From NCBI GenBank assembly GCA_016699105.1, contig CP064960.1, positions 811,696 through 875,695 of the forward strand: a DNA stretch of 64,000 bases, read 5' to 3'. Below are positions 40,027 to 51,892 of this stretch, in pieces. Numbering within the stretch: the first letter of the stretch is position 1; every line of letters starts with the position of its first letter. Below the pieces are notes generated by a model. The model did not search any database. It saw nothing but the letters and a program-made list of their open reading frames with translations, and was not told the DNA's origin. This stretch comes from a bacterium. GTDB taxonomy: Bacteria > Patescibacteriota > Saccharimonadia > UBA4664. Made by a program: the position numbers and the translations under genes.

Positions 40027-43000
40027 CTATATCATAGAGCCAAAGTTCAGTTTTGCACCACTTGGAGCTGCATTCTTGTAACCGTTTAGTTGTTTTAATC
40101 CCTCTGCGATTCCTCGCGCATTATTGGGCTTTAATTCAAGGATTGTATTTGTAGCACGATAGTAACCATCTGGCCTTAGAGAGCTGCCACTAAACACAGC
40201 TCTATTAGCTATTCCACTTGAGTTATTCACCATGCCATAGAACTCTCCATGTGCGGAATTGCCTAAACTTAAGCTACTTTTGAAACTTCCTGCTGTCTGC
40301 GCTGCGCCTTTTGTTACTCTATACCCCCCAGTTGCACCCTTGTTTGCGGTTGGTGCCATTCTGCTTACTATTCCGCTAGCCCATCTGTTGGCCGCAGCAG
40401 TCGCACTGCTGATAGCAGCCGGATGTTTTATGATATACGCAACACCTAAGGCTACAACACCTGAGACTACAGGTACAAACAGATATTGATTGCTGAAATT
40501 GGCAGTTGCGTTGGCGGCATTAATGAGCCCAGTGCCAGCCTTAGTGGCACCGTCGACTAAAGCTTGCCCAACTGCTTTGGCTCCATCTTTAAAATCCTGC
40601 CACGACAGTGTACCGGAATAGTCGTTGAAGTTTATTGGATCGTTAACGTACGCATACGCATTATCCGTTCCGCCTTCTATTGGGTCAATACTCGTAAAAC
40701 GGCCTATGGTTGGCAAGTATACCCGAGCACCCATCTCAATGATGGGTATTGAGAACATGCTCTCTGCTTTACGGATTGGTGAGGCAGCCCAGCCCATACT
40801 ATTGTCGGTACCGTTAACTAGGGTGGCGTCCGAAGTACCAAATGTGTTGGAGGTTAGGACCTGGCCATAAGGATCATAGAGGTGGACATTGCTCGTGGGG
40901 AGACCATTGGCACCCACGGTCAGGAGCGTATCACCGTGGAAGTTTTTGATGGAATAGGTGGCTTGCGTGACGCCAGTGCTCGTGATGGCGACATTGTCGA
41001 AGGTGGCGGTACTTGTAGTGGCGGTATTACCGCTGAGTGCGAAGAGTCCAATAACGGCAGTTTGTGGCAATGATACTGTTTGTACTCCGATTTGCGTCCA
41101 ACTAGTACCATTTGTTGACTTGTAAGTTGTAATAGTATTACCCGTACGGGTCAGTTTTAACCATGCATTCGGAAATGTATATGAACCGCCGTCCGTGTCT
41201 CCAGTGTAATTCCATTGCATCCGAATACCATTCCCTGGAGTAGTCATGGCAGCTGCGTAGTTTGATCCTGTAGTTGGGCTGGCTTTGATGAAAACCCCAG
41301 CTTTGGCCCAGCCGTCAGTATTTGTTTGGCTCTTCACCCGGGCAACGATGCTACCATTGCCAGTCAGGGTTTTGTATGCCAACTGAGCCTGGTCGTCGGT
41401 GTCCCAGATATCGAGCCCTTTTGATCCTAGTGTATAGGTGCTTGATGCGTAACTGGATGTTCCGGCGTTTGCAGGACTACCAACATCGCCATTAGTCCAT
41501 CCTGATGGTAATGTTGTAGTTTTAGTGATAGAGACGTTATCGAAGGTAGCCGAAGAAGTTAAGTTAGTATTACCTGATACTACGAATAATCCGATTTGAG
41601 TTGTAGCGGGCAGTGTGAGTGTCTGTGCACTAATTTGCGTCCAGGTTGTACCATTAGTTGATTTATATCCAGTAAATGTATTGCCAGAACGAACCAGTTT
41701 TAGCCATGCATTGGGAAGTGTGTATGATCCGCCGCTAATGTCTGTGCTGAAACCTTTTTGCATGCGTATGCCATTTGACGGGTGTAATCATAACCGCTGC
41801 AAAATTTGAACCCGCTGTTAGGTTACTTTTAATCATAATTCCAGCCTTAGCCCAACCATCTGTGTTAGTCTGGCTCGTTACACGGGCAATTATTGTACCA
41901 TTGCCACTTAGTGTTTGCGTTGTGAGCTGCGGCTGATCATCGGTATCCCAAATATCATTCCCATTGCCAGAAACGGTGAATGTAGTTCCGCTATATGATG
42001 AAGTTCCTGTTTGAACTGGGGTACCCACACTCGTTGACGTATAGGGACTGGGAGAGTTGATGCTGAAACTGTTGGTAGAGTCAATACTGTGCCGCCCGGA
42101 AGACTGACGTATTTTCAACATTTGAACAAGAGTTTTGATCCGTTGTCGCGCAGGTCAAGAGGACCCCACCGGCGTTGCGGTAGACTTTGTCGAGGACCGA
42201 GTTTCGATATTCTCGCTTGATGAGGACGGCTCCGCCGGCTGATTTGACGTACTCGGTCCAGTTGGTGCCCTGCTGGATTTTGGTGTTTTGATCACTGGCG
42301 TCGTAAGTGAACTGGATGGGAGCACCGGCACCGGCTAGCTGGGTGATGTTACCGTGGTCGTCGTAGGTGGGGGTACCGATTTGGGTGTCAGTGGAACTGG
42401 CGAGTCGGTCGGCGGCGGAGTAGCAAGACGTGGAGGTGGTGTTTTGGGAGTTGAGTGTGTTGGTAATGCTCGTACTGGTACGGTTGCCGTTTTTGTGGGC
42501 ATTGGCATTGTAGCCTGGGATACTCGTACAAGCAGCTTGTTGGGTACTGAAGCCGTATTGGTACTGCCAGTTGTCGATGGTCGCTTGAGTGAGCCGGACA
42601 AGGGTGTCGTATTGGTAGGAGGCTCCGGCAGATTGGGCACCCTTGGTGATAGTATCGCTGGTGACGAGTCCTTTTTGAGGCGATAGTCCAATTGTCTCGG
42701 ATATTGTTGAATTATCGGCGAACGAGTATGTACTGCCTATATGACGCTGTTTGTTGTCGCGAGTAATCTGGCTCAATCGTAAGTTATTTGAGCCATTGGA
42801 TGCTTGTGGGTACTGGACATCATTTATGCGACTATATGCGTCATATGTCAGTGTTGCATAAGTAACTCCATCGAGTGTATATCCTGTCAGTCGATTTAAA
42901 TTGTCATAGGTAGGTACTTCGGTGCCCTTGAGACTGGTGGTTTGGTTGACCCGTCCGAGGTTGTCGTAGGTGGTTGTTGTGGCATAGCCGAAGACGTCGG

Positions 43001-46000
43001 TGGTGTTGGTCGTACGGCCGAGGAGGTCAATTGTGACACTTGTGGTACCGGCGACTGAGTCAGTGGACGAGCCAACCAGCGGGTTACCTGATACGGCGTA
43101 GTTGTACGAAATGGTGCGGCCGACGCGTCCCGAGACAGTAGGCGTGACTTTTTGCGTGACTCTCCCGCGTGTGTCATATGTAGTGCATGACCAAGGATCT
43201 GTCTGGTTGGTGGCGCCGATCATACGGCTAGCAACTATGCGACCGGCATCGTCATATATGACTTCGGATTTGCGGCCAGTTAAGGTACCACTACTATCTG
43301 GGTCTTGCTCGGTTATGAGTTTACTCAAGCCGGCTTGCTTGTAGCTCTCTGTGGTACCAGCGGTACATGGGTTGTCTGCGGTATCTGTGGCGGTGTAGTA
43401 ACTGTAGGTGCTAGTTGTACCGCCAGGCAGCGTCTTGCTGGTCTGGCGTAGGTAGGAGCCAGTTCCGGGAGTCTCAAAGGAACTCGAACCCGTGTAATTC
43501 AACCCGGTGGGATTAACTGTTACAGATTGTGGTAATCCATATTCTGGATTTGGGCCGAAATTAGTAGTGGTTGTAGTATCGCCTATGCTCGAGTCGTAGA
43601 CCTTATTGGTGGTACTCAAGCCATATCCAGCACTCCAGCCCCAGTTTTGTATGCTGCAGTCATAATAGGCATCAGGACGGGTGACACAAAGATCGAGACG
43701 GGCGTCGTTAAGTGTGCCAGGTGCGGTGTATTTTTCGATGCGAACGCGATGCCATGAATCTCCACTATTTGCGTATGAACCATCAAGTTGGCGATACCCG
43801 GTGTCTCGCCAGTCGTCAATAACTACCTTATCGTCTATTACTATCCGAAATCCATCGTCTGAAAATGCACGCCAGTTATACGTGCCAGTTTGAAGCAATC
43901 TGATCCAACCGGTTGCACGTATACCCCATCCTTTGCCCGAATCGGGCGTGATGGGCTGGCCAATACCGTAGCCGGGCCAATTAGTACCCCAGATGGCATA
44001 TACGCCCTTGTCGGCTGGATTGAGACCGGTCGTATGTTTTTTTGGCGCTCCCACTAATGATTTTGTTGAAGTATCCTCATTGTAATAAGCAGCAGCTAAG
44101 GTATTGATATTTTCATCATACACAGATTGAGCCCGAGGAATCGAAGAGACGTTAGTAACTGGAGTATATACTTGATTTGAATTTGCACTGAACCACGTAT
44201 TTGGAGCAGGTCCATAGATATCAGTAGGTCGATCGGCAAAATCGTAGTTGATGGCAGTCTTAAGCAAGAGTGGGTCAGTGGTTGAATGAACCAAATCTTT
44301 GCGCGGCAGACTGGTGCCTGGTTCGATATCCCACTCCGTATAATTTGTGAGGTTTGCTACGTCAGTATCCTCGAGGGTTCGCCAAGATGAGTCGTAAACT
44401 ATTCTCCGGCTAAATCCATTCGGCTCAGCTGCCCCCGCGATATGCAGTTTGCTTGAGCCAATGAGATATTCAAAATTACGCGTCAAGCGAGACGCAGCCA
44501 CTTGTGCTGCAGGTAATATGACTGTACTTGCACGGCCCAAATCGTCATATTGTACGTCAGTCTGAATCGTGGTATCGGTGTTGAGCCGTTGACCAGCGGA
44601 AATGGCATCATTGGCTAGACTGTCACGGTAACTAATAATCCTGCCGTTTGGATCGTAGCCATAGTCTATTATGGCGCCACCAGGATATTCTACTCGGGCT
44701 AGTCTAGGCACACCGGCTACGTCAAGATAACCAAGTTTTGTAACTTGGCCATCGGACGTAGTCACTCCGCATATCATGCCTGACGGTGCCAAGTTCGTAT
44801 TAGTAGGTGCGCTGGGGCACGTGTTGGTTGCATCGTCGGTGTAGGCAATTTTTACCCAGCGTGAAGCGGAAACACCGTCAGAAATCTGAGTGAGGTGGGC
44901 TGCACCCCCGGTAGTTGGTGTGCTGTATGAATAATTAAATGCGGCCGGCTGAAGATCATCGAGTGGATTGGAGCTCGCGCGGATAAATCCGTCACTGCCA
45001 AAAATATATGTTTGACCTCCAGCATCTTCGAAAGTAACAGTATTGTCGCCGTTACGGACTAAATGCCCACTTTCTCCAGTAGGCGGTGTGTAATTTGTTC
45101 CGCTCCAGCGGTACTCGTGGGTGTCGCCAATTGTGTCACGTAATACCACGCTATTCGATCCAATAAATGCGAATTCATATTGAAGACCTCCGCCTGAAAC
45201 ACCACCTAGTTCCCACCCATCAGGCAATACGTTTGCTCGTGATGAGAGTGTAGATGCATCGATTACTGGATTGCCTGCAGGGGAAGCCCCATCTCGCTTT
45301 AGTAGAAGTTTAAATTGAGCGCTGCCCGATGCTTCATAATATTCGATTGTAATTGGAATAGTCTGGTTTGCAGATAAGGTTCCGGTGGATGACCCCCATT
45401 GTTCTCCTAGTACGGGGCTCGCAAAACTATCGAATTTAGTGACATTGTTAACTTTGATGCGAACGCCATCGTCTGAATCGGTACCAAATGTATAATTATC
45501 TGTTACCGGTGCCGTAAACCAACCGCTCCAGCGCACCATAAAGTTCTCTGTCGGGCCTCCTGGCACGGGAGAGCCATCTCCCCAATTGAATGACATACCT
45601 GTGTCTGGTCGCGTTAAGAATAGTCTAGTTGGATCAATTTCATTAGCTGGGAATGTATGATTGGCCGTGTCTGTATAGTAGCGTCCTGTAAGTCCATTGC
45701 GTGCAGTTACCGGCATAATACCAGTTTGTAGGTTCGCAGAAGTAATTACTTGTCCTGGGTTTGCGCCCAATTTTGCTAATAGGTGTGCGTGAGCTTCGCC
45801 AGCATCTTCACGGTACTCCACTTTGATAGGTACTGGTTGACCGGCAGTTAAATTAACGGCAGTTGTTCCGAAACAGCCACTACCTCCGCAACCATTATTA
45901 TCGTAAACTGACTGACCACTAACTGTTACGACCATTTTGTCGTCATTAATTCCGCCGAAAGTGTATGATCCGGAAGCTGTCGGTGTATACCAACCAGTCC

Positions 46001-48116
46001 AGCGGCCAAAGAACCAATCCGTACCAATTGTACCAGCATGGGGTGTGTTCGTTCCCCAGCTAAAATCAATTTCACTATCTACTCGCTTGATTTCTGCAAT
46101 TGCATTCGAGCTAGGAAAGGTTGTGCTATGTGTAGGATTGTTAAAGAATTCGGCTAGCAGTCCCGGCTTGGAGCGGTAGGGGGAATTGTAGTCAAACGAC
46201 ACTCCTAAACTGCCACCGAGGGCTGCAATGGCATGTGACTCAGTACTTGTTGATACGTTGCCTGTAGCCATCGAAACTGCGAATGTTCCAGTAGTATCGT
46301 ATGACTGAGTAGAATCTTGGCCTTTGCGTAAATCGACTTTGAAACTATTAACTGTCGGGCTATAGACACAATGAGAATCTTGATAGCTGTCCCATACACA
46401 AACTTGCCAATAATATGTCGACCCATCTTGAAGTATGCCGTCAGGTATTGTCCAGAAAGGCTGATTAGTCCACCAAGAATCAGCAACCATGCCAGTCATA
46501 CTTACGTTATATGGCTGGATTGGAGTTAATTTACTACTTCCAACTAAATAGCGGTAAAGTAGTGGCCCCGGTCCGTCTGAATCTGTAGAAGTAGTAGACT
46601 TAAGTGTTGGTTGATTTGTAGACACCGTTGCACCCTCAGCTGGGGCAACTCGCGTACTTTGACTTGGTAGCGCTTCATAGGTAAATGTAACTTTAGTGCG
46701 ATCATAAGCGAATCGTTTGAGTGAATTCCCAGTTTCTTCACCATTAACCCAGATGTACTCGGAATTCTGCCCGGCAAAATACATATTCTTGAAAAGTTGG
46801 GTTGCGTTTACGTCTATAGACGCTCCGCCCCAGCCCGATGCAATACCATAGGTATTGTCACCACAATTAAGATTATTGCAGTTATCAGTGGCATGTCTCA
46901 CGTCGATACCATGACCATCGCATGTACCATATGTACCAGAACAATCTGGTAATTCTACATGGAAGTTTGCGTATGTAATGAAATTCCCCGCAGGAATATT
47001 GTTGGGAATATACGCTTGGAAGCGCCAATAAGTGCCTCCGCTTGCTCCAGCAGAATTTCCGCAACCTTGACCCGAGTAACAAATGAACCCATCTGAACGG
47101 TAGTTAACATACGCATCTGCCCAACTAACGCTATCAATTGTCGGGTCGACGATTACCGGAAAGGCATCCGTTGGAAGCTTAGAAAGCCATTCTTCGTCTA
47201 CCGTAACAACTAATTTGTCTTTTATTAATCGTTGAGTAACGAAAGGTTCAGCGCCTATAACACCGTTGGATTTTGTTGCGACTGTAGGTGCTGGTATAAC
47301 AAACCCACTTAAATCACCCGATAATTGGAACCAACCATTACGGTTCATATAATTGGTTAGCTTATGACCGCCTGTATCAAAAATATATTCTTTCGCAGCG
47401 GCTTTACTCTTGATAATAATATTCTCTTTAATCGCACTACCGCTTACTGAATATTCAATATCAATGCCAGGCCAAGTATTGCGGTAGAGTAATTTTTGAT
47501 TTCTCTCGGTGCCTGTTATAGTCGGCTTTACTGCAGAAGTTCCGGAAGGAGTTAATGTTAGTATCGAATTACCCTGCTTTAGCTCGACAGTTGCTTTAGC
47601 TTTAAAAGTTGATTTCCATGAATTGGAACCGTTGCTCCAATTTCCATCGGTACTTTCATATATGTTCGGATCGACATCATGCCAACCAGTCGAATCCTTG
47701 TAGCTTGTATTGTCGAAGCTATGTTCGAAGGTTTTTGATCCGTCGGCGTTAAGGAATACTTTTTGGTTTGAGGTTCGGCTTTCATCAAGTGTCTTGATAG
47801 GTGTGCGATCGACTTTTTTGCCTTTTGAGATATTGTCTTTATCATTATCAAGCTGTTGTTGGAGAGTTTTTGGAAGTGCTTGGGCTTTTTCTTGTGAAAC
47901 TTCAGCAATATTAGATTGAATATTGGGTTGGATGTCTTGTGCTGCGAGTGGGATCGGAAACTTAGCCTGCATTTCACGGTATTTCTGCATAACTGCCGGC
48001 AACCCGATTGCAATTGTGCTAATAATAAGTGCGCTAACCAACGAAACATTCACGGGTTTTCGCAACATACTGAAATTAACACGAACACTAGGTAGCCGCT
48101 TCATAATTTCCTCCAA
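40027..48116 (-). CDS. RHS/YD-repeat polymorphic toxin (~2700 aa in three ORF pieces): signal/TM, 3x PA14-like domains, YD-repeat shell, two ~180-aa lectin-like beta-sandwich modules, RHS core, C-terminal PD-(D/E)xK-like toxin
   Basis: PA14-like [10 protein letters not shown]...[21 protein letters not shown] (three copies); many YD motifs (YDNLGRV, YDAYSRI, YTYDDHGN); core end ...[41 protein letters not shown]; C-terminal domain ...[19 protein letters not shown]... (D...ELK). Pieces 42081..48116, 41735..42121 and 40027..41763 are joined by 1-nt frame changes near 42100 and 41775. Confidence 0.8.
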
Positions 48117-48286
48117 CCCACTTATGCTTAAACTTTAGGCAAATTCTCAGGCAAGTACAAGAGCATTAATCCAAAGATTTTGTTTATTATCGACACAATT
48201 TTGTACGTATTATTTGAGATATATAGGAAATAGATTCGAATTTATCAATTAGATCGTTTAGCGAGTTTTTTCTGAGTAATTTATTT

Positions 48287-48490
48287 TTAAATTAAGTCGT
48301 TCAAATTCAAATCAAGGATTTTGGTGAGTTTGATTAGAGAAGTAGTCGCGGGTATACGCTCACCTCGCTCCATCTTGGCGTATGCGTTAGCGTTTAGGCC
48401 CGCTTCGGTTGCAGTACGAAGTTGAGTATAGCCCTTCTTCTGACGGGCTTCTTTCAGTAATTTGCCGATTCGATTTTCTAATGGAGTTGA
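48287..48490 (-). CDS. XRE-family HTH transcriptional regulator (68 aa)
   Basis: MSTPLENRIGKLLKEARQKKGYTQLRTATEAGLNANAYAKMERGERIPATTSLIKLTKILDLNLNDLI, a classic Cro/C1-type HTH. The ORF-track N-terminal extension is probably spurious. Confidence 0.6.
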   Translation of the reverse strand, partial: STPLENRIGKLLKEARQKKGYTQLRTATEAGLNANAYAKMERGERIPATTSLIKLTKILDLNLNDLI

Positions 48491-49052
48491 CATAAGTGTA
48501 TCCCTGTTGGGATAGTATACCAGATTTTGTTTACTTTTACTTACAATTATGTTTTTGCCAGGTATGGATACGATCTTCTGCTCCCAGCCCAGAAAGGCTG
48601 CGTGAGGCATATGATGTTGGGTCGCTTTTAGCGTCGGCAAATATCTGACGAAGCAGCATGAGGTCGTTGAGGTTTTCGGGTGGCGTAACTGCCTCCAGCT
48701 CTTTGATCGCATCAACATATTCGTTGGGATCATCAGTGCGTGATTGAAAAATAGCTAAGCTGTAATTATTGCCCCGTGTGCCTTAAGGCGCGTGTTGAGC
48801 TCGGTAAGTTTTTGTGCAGTACGCAGCAGCTGAACGGCTCGGCCGGATCGATTGATATACGAAGATTGTTGCAGCGATTACTACGAGTACCGATGCGGCC
48901 ACAATTACGACGTTTCGCTTTGTTTTGAGCATGGCTTGAGTATACAACATTTTTCTTAGTACTTGTGCTTACTATGACTTTATGTCATAACATTTCCCTA
49001 ATCTGGGCTTTATGCTAAGCTCTCAGCTAGGAGGGCCGTTAAGGAGGAAAGC

Positions 49053-49394
49053 GTGCGAAATTATCGTTTCGTCAGGGTTTTAGTCATGGCCCTGGCGCTT
49101 CTAGCCCCATTAGTCTTAATTCATCCGGCATTAGCAGCCGATGCAAACGTTGCAAAAGTTGAGACCTTTATCCGAAGTATTATTCAGGTTGTCGCTGGCC
49201 TAGCCGGGTTGGTTGCTACTGGATTCTTTGTGGTCGGCGGCTTCGGCTATATCACGAGTTCAGGCAATCCTGAGCATCTTGATCGAGCAAAGCGAACCCT
49301 TCTTTTTGCCGCGATTGGTTTGGCGATTACAATCGGTGCTTTTGTGCTTAGCAACATTATCGCAAGCCTTGCTACTAGCGCATTCGGGAGTTAA
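49053..49394 (+). CDS. VirB2/TrbC-like T4SS pilin candidate
   Basis: 113 aa; signal peptide then two TM helices flanking ...GFGYITSSGNPEHLDRAKRTLLFAAIGLAI...; good RBS AGGAGG. Confidence 0.5.
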   Translation: MRNYRFVRVLVMALALLAPLVLIHPALAADANVAKVETFIRSIIQVVAGLAGLVATGFFVVGGFGYITSSGNPEHLDRAKRTLLFAAIGLAITIGAFVLSNIIASLATSAFGS

Positions 49395-49396
49395 GA

Positions 49397-50785
49397 ATGT
49401 TCCACGCAGCGACTGCACCTATACTGCTGCTCGCTGACGCTACTGCCGCCTCAAATGTAATTAGGTCATTCGTTACTCCGGTAATGAGCACCCTGATCAC
49501 AATTGCATCACTGGCAGTGGTGTTCTTTATCGTGAATGGCGGCATACAGTACATGTCGAGTGCCGGCAATCCTGATCGGCACGAACATGCCAAAAAGGTC
49601 ATTCGAAATGCCCTTATTGGGCTCGTGTTGGTTATTGGCGCTGGGACTCTTACTGCAATTCTCAGTCATGCTTATTCTGGTGGCGGTCCAGCAGTCGCAG
49701 AAAAACTACCGCAGCTAACCACCATTCAGCAGCCTGATACCCAAAGCGGGTTGGTTGAGGCAATGATCAATACCGTGATCGGATTTCTGAAGGCAGTAAT
49801 TGAGTCAGCCGCAAAGCCGTTCCTAGATGCTCTTGCATTCTTCACTAAAGCTACCCCACTCATGGCTGATAATTCAAGCGTGTTTAATCTGTGGCTGACG
49901 GTAGTCGGAATCGCAGATGCTCTATTTGTGCTGGTTGTTGCTCTGCTCGGTTTCCATGTTATGAGCTTTGCCACTTTTGGTCTGGAAGAGATTGAGTTCA
50001 AGCACGTGTTGCCAAGGGCCGCACTGGTATTTCTGCTTATCAATACCTCGATATTTGTGGTTGATGCAGTAATCTCGTTATCAAACGCGATGGTGTCAGC
50101 GGTAAACGCAGGAACTTCATCACAGTCCTTATGGGATTCCTTGACCAAAGTAGTAAGCCAACCCGAGACTTTGGGTCTTGCGGGGCTGCTAGTTATGCTC
50201 GCTTTCGTCGTGCTCTCCATAATTCTCATCGTCTATTACGTCATTCGTCTGGTGACTCTCTATATTGGTGCGGTGTTGGCGCCTATCGTCTTTATGCTTT
50301 GGCTACTTCCTGGATTCAAGGATTTTGCTGAAGCTACGGGCAAGACCTATTTGACGACGGTTTTTGTGTTATTTATTCACGTTGTCATTATTCAGCTGGC
50401 AGCATCACTTGTGGGTGGTGTTGCGCTGGCCACCCCAGACCATGCCCTTGATCCCCTAATGTCGATGGTAATAGGTATTGCAACAATCATGGCGCTCCTC
50501 AAAACGCAAAGCGTGCTTATGCAGCTTTCATTTGTTAGCCTTGGGCCAAAAACAGCAACGATGTTAGGTGGCCAACTTGGGAACGCCATTAGCTATTACT
50601 CAAGTAAATCGAATAACCGCGCTGTCCCTGGCGACTCCACGACAAGTTCATCACGAAACCAACCCGCTAACTCGAATTCACAACCGAATAACAGCCCCAC
50701 GACCCCGACGAGGGCTAAATCGGACAGTTCAAAACGACCAGGTAAAACCCGAGTTGCTCCAATTGAGAAGAAAGGAGAAAGCTAA
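49397..50785 (+). CDS. fusion of a second VirB2-like pilin module with a VirB6/TrbL-like polytopic membrane protein; S/N/P-rich C-terminal tail
   Basis: N-terminus ...GIQYMSSAGNPDRHEHAKKVIRNALIGLVLVIG parallels the upstream pilin gene; then at least 6 TM helices in a VirB6/TrbL-like arrangement and a low-complexity C-terminus. Confidence 0.55.
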   Translation: MFHAATAPILLLADATAASNVIRSFVTPVMSTLITIASLAVVFFIVNGGIQYMSSAGNPDRHEHAKKVIRNALIGLVLVIGAGTLTAILSHAYSGGGPAVAEKLPQLTTIQQPDTQSGLVEAMINTVIGFLKAVIESAAKPFLDALAFFTKATPLMADNSSVFNLWLTVVGIADALFVLVVALLGFHVMSFATFGLEEIEFKHVLPRAALVFLLINTSIFVVDAVISLSNAMVSAVNAGTSSQSLWDSLTKVVSQPETLGLAGLLVMLAFVVLSIILIVYYVIRLVTLYIGAVLAPIVFMLWLLPGFKDFAEATGKTYLTTVFVLFIHVVIIQLAASLVGGVALATPDHALDPLMSMVIGIATIMALLKTQSVLMQLSFVSLGPKTATMLGGQLGNAISYYSSKSNNRAVPGDSTTSSSRNQPANSNSQPNNSPTTPTRAKSDSSKRPGKTRVAPIEKKGES

Positions 50786-51294
50786 TGAAGTCCGCTCTAG
50801 TTCCTGCACAAATAACTACCGTTGAAGACAAAGTCACAGGCAGCCTGAGCCTGACTCAGCTGCTCCTGCTGGTGGCGCCAGTATTTCTCGGCAGTGCCTT
50901 GTTTGCCGTGCTCCCGCCAAGTATGGAGGTTGTGACGTATAAGCTGGTAATCCTTTCAATCGTCGGAGTGATTTTCGGTGTTTCGGCCATTCGGATTAAG
51001 GGGCAGATCATCTTGTTGTGGGCGGTTACCATTTTTAGGTACAACCTACGGCCGCGGTACTTTGTCTTTGACAAGAACGATCTGCATTTACGGGAAGGTC
51101 TAAAGGATGAATTGGTCGGCTCAACATCTGCCATCTCTGAACATCAGCCCGTTAAGTCCACTGTGGCTCCGATGCGTCTGACTCCAGCCGAATCGATTCA
51201 TTTAGAAGCGTTGGCAGATAACCCGCAGGCAAAGTTGTACTTCTCGGCTAATAGGAAAGGTGGTCTTGATGTCCGTATTTCAGAAATCAAATAG
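50785..51294 (+). CDS. small 2-TM membrane protein (VirB3-like position)
   Basis: 169 aa, two adjacent TM helices; translationally coupled (ATGA) to the upstream gene. Confidence 0.35.
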   Translation: MKSALVPAQITTVEDKVTGSLSLTQLLLLVAPVFLGSALFAVLPPSMEVVTYKLVILSIVGVIFGVSAIRIKGQIILLWAVTIFRYNLRPRYFVFDKNDLHLREGLKDELVGSTSAISEHQPVKSTVAPMRLTPAESIHLEALADNPQAKLYFSANRKGGLDVRISEIK

Positions 51295-51883
51295 TAAGCA
51301 GTCATCTCGGCGGCAGATTAATATCAAGGGCGTTCGTGACGGTGTTCTTCTCATACCTGGAGACCAATACCGGATTGTGCTTAAGGCTTCATCGATTAAT
51401 TTTGAGTTGAAAAGCGAGGACGAGCAGGACGCTCTTATTGAGACATATCAAAGCTTCCTTAACTCGCTCCCCTGCTCCGTACAGATTATTGCCCGGATTC
51501 GGGAAATGGATACGCAGAAATACTTAGATGAATTTCGAGCAAGCTCTGCCGATGAAACTGATGATATCTACCGCAAACAGATTGAGAATTATACCGATTT
51601 TGTCCAAGGTCTGATCAGCAATAACAAGATACTCTCCCGCCAATTCTATATGGTGGTCCCTCACCAAGCTGCTTCTGGGGACGGGTTTGATGCGATCAAG
51701 GAACAGCTGCTGCTGAACGCCGACATTGTTGGCAAAGGTATTAGCCGGCTCGGGATCCAGACGCGGCAGCTTGGTAGTCTTGAATTACTCGATTTGTTCT
51801 ATGGCTTTTATAATCCTGAACTCGCAAAGCGCCAGCCGTTACATGCTCAGACTATGCAGTTGCTTAAAGAATCGTATATCTAG
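51260..51883 (+). CDS. VirB4-associated N-terminal-domain protein (in frame with, and 9 nt upstream of, the VirB4 ATPase ORF)
   Basis: 207 aa ending at TAG; the next ORF starts 9 nt later in the same frame after GGAG. Its position matches the N-terminal domain of long VirB4/TraC proteins. Confidence 0.4.
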   Translation: MVLMSVFQKSNSKQSSRRQINIKGVRDGVLLIPGDQYRIVLKASSINFELKSEDEQDALIETYQSFLNSLPCSVQIIARIREMDTQKYLDEFRASSADETDDIYRKQIENYTDFVQGLISNNKILSRQFYMVVPHQAASGDGFDAIKEQLLLNADIVGKGISRLGIQTRQLGSLELLDLFYGFYNPELAKRQPLHAQTMQLLKESYI

Positions 51884-51892
51884 GAGCAGACC

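Noticed and set aside
48287-48733. Full-length 148-aa ORF from the track as the regulator gene
   Set aside because: Only the C-terminal 68 aa (from MSTPLENR) form the XRE HTH domain. The N-terminal portion is an out-of-frame read of the upstream degraded ORF.
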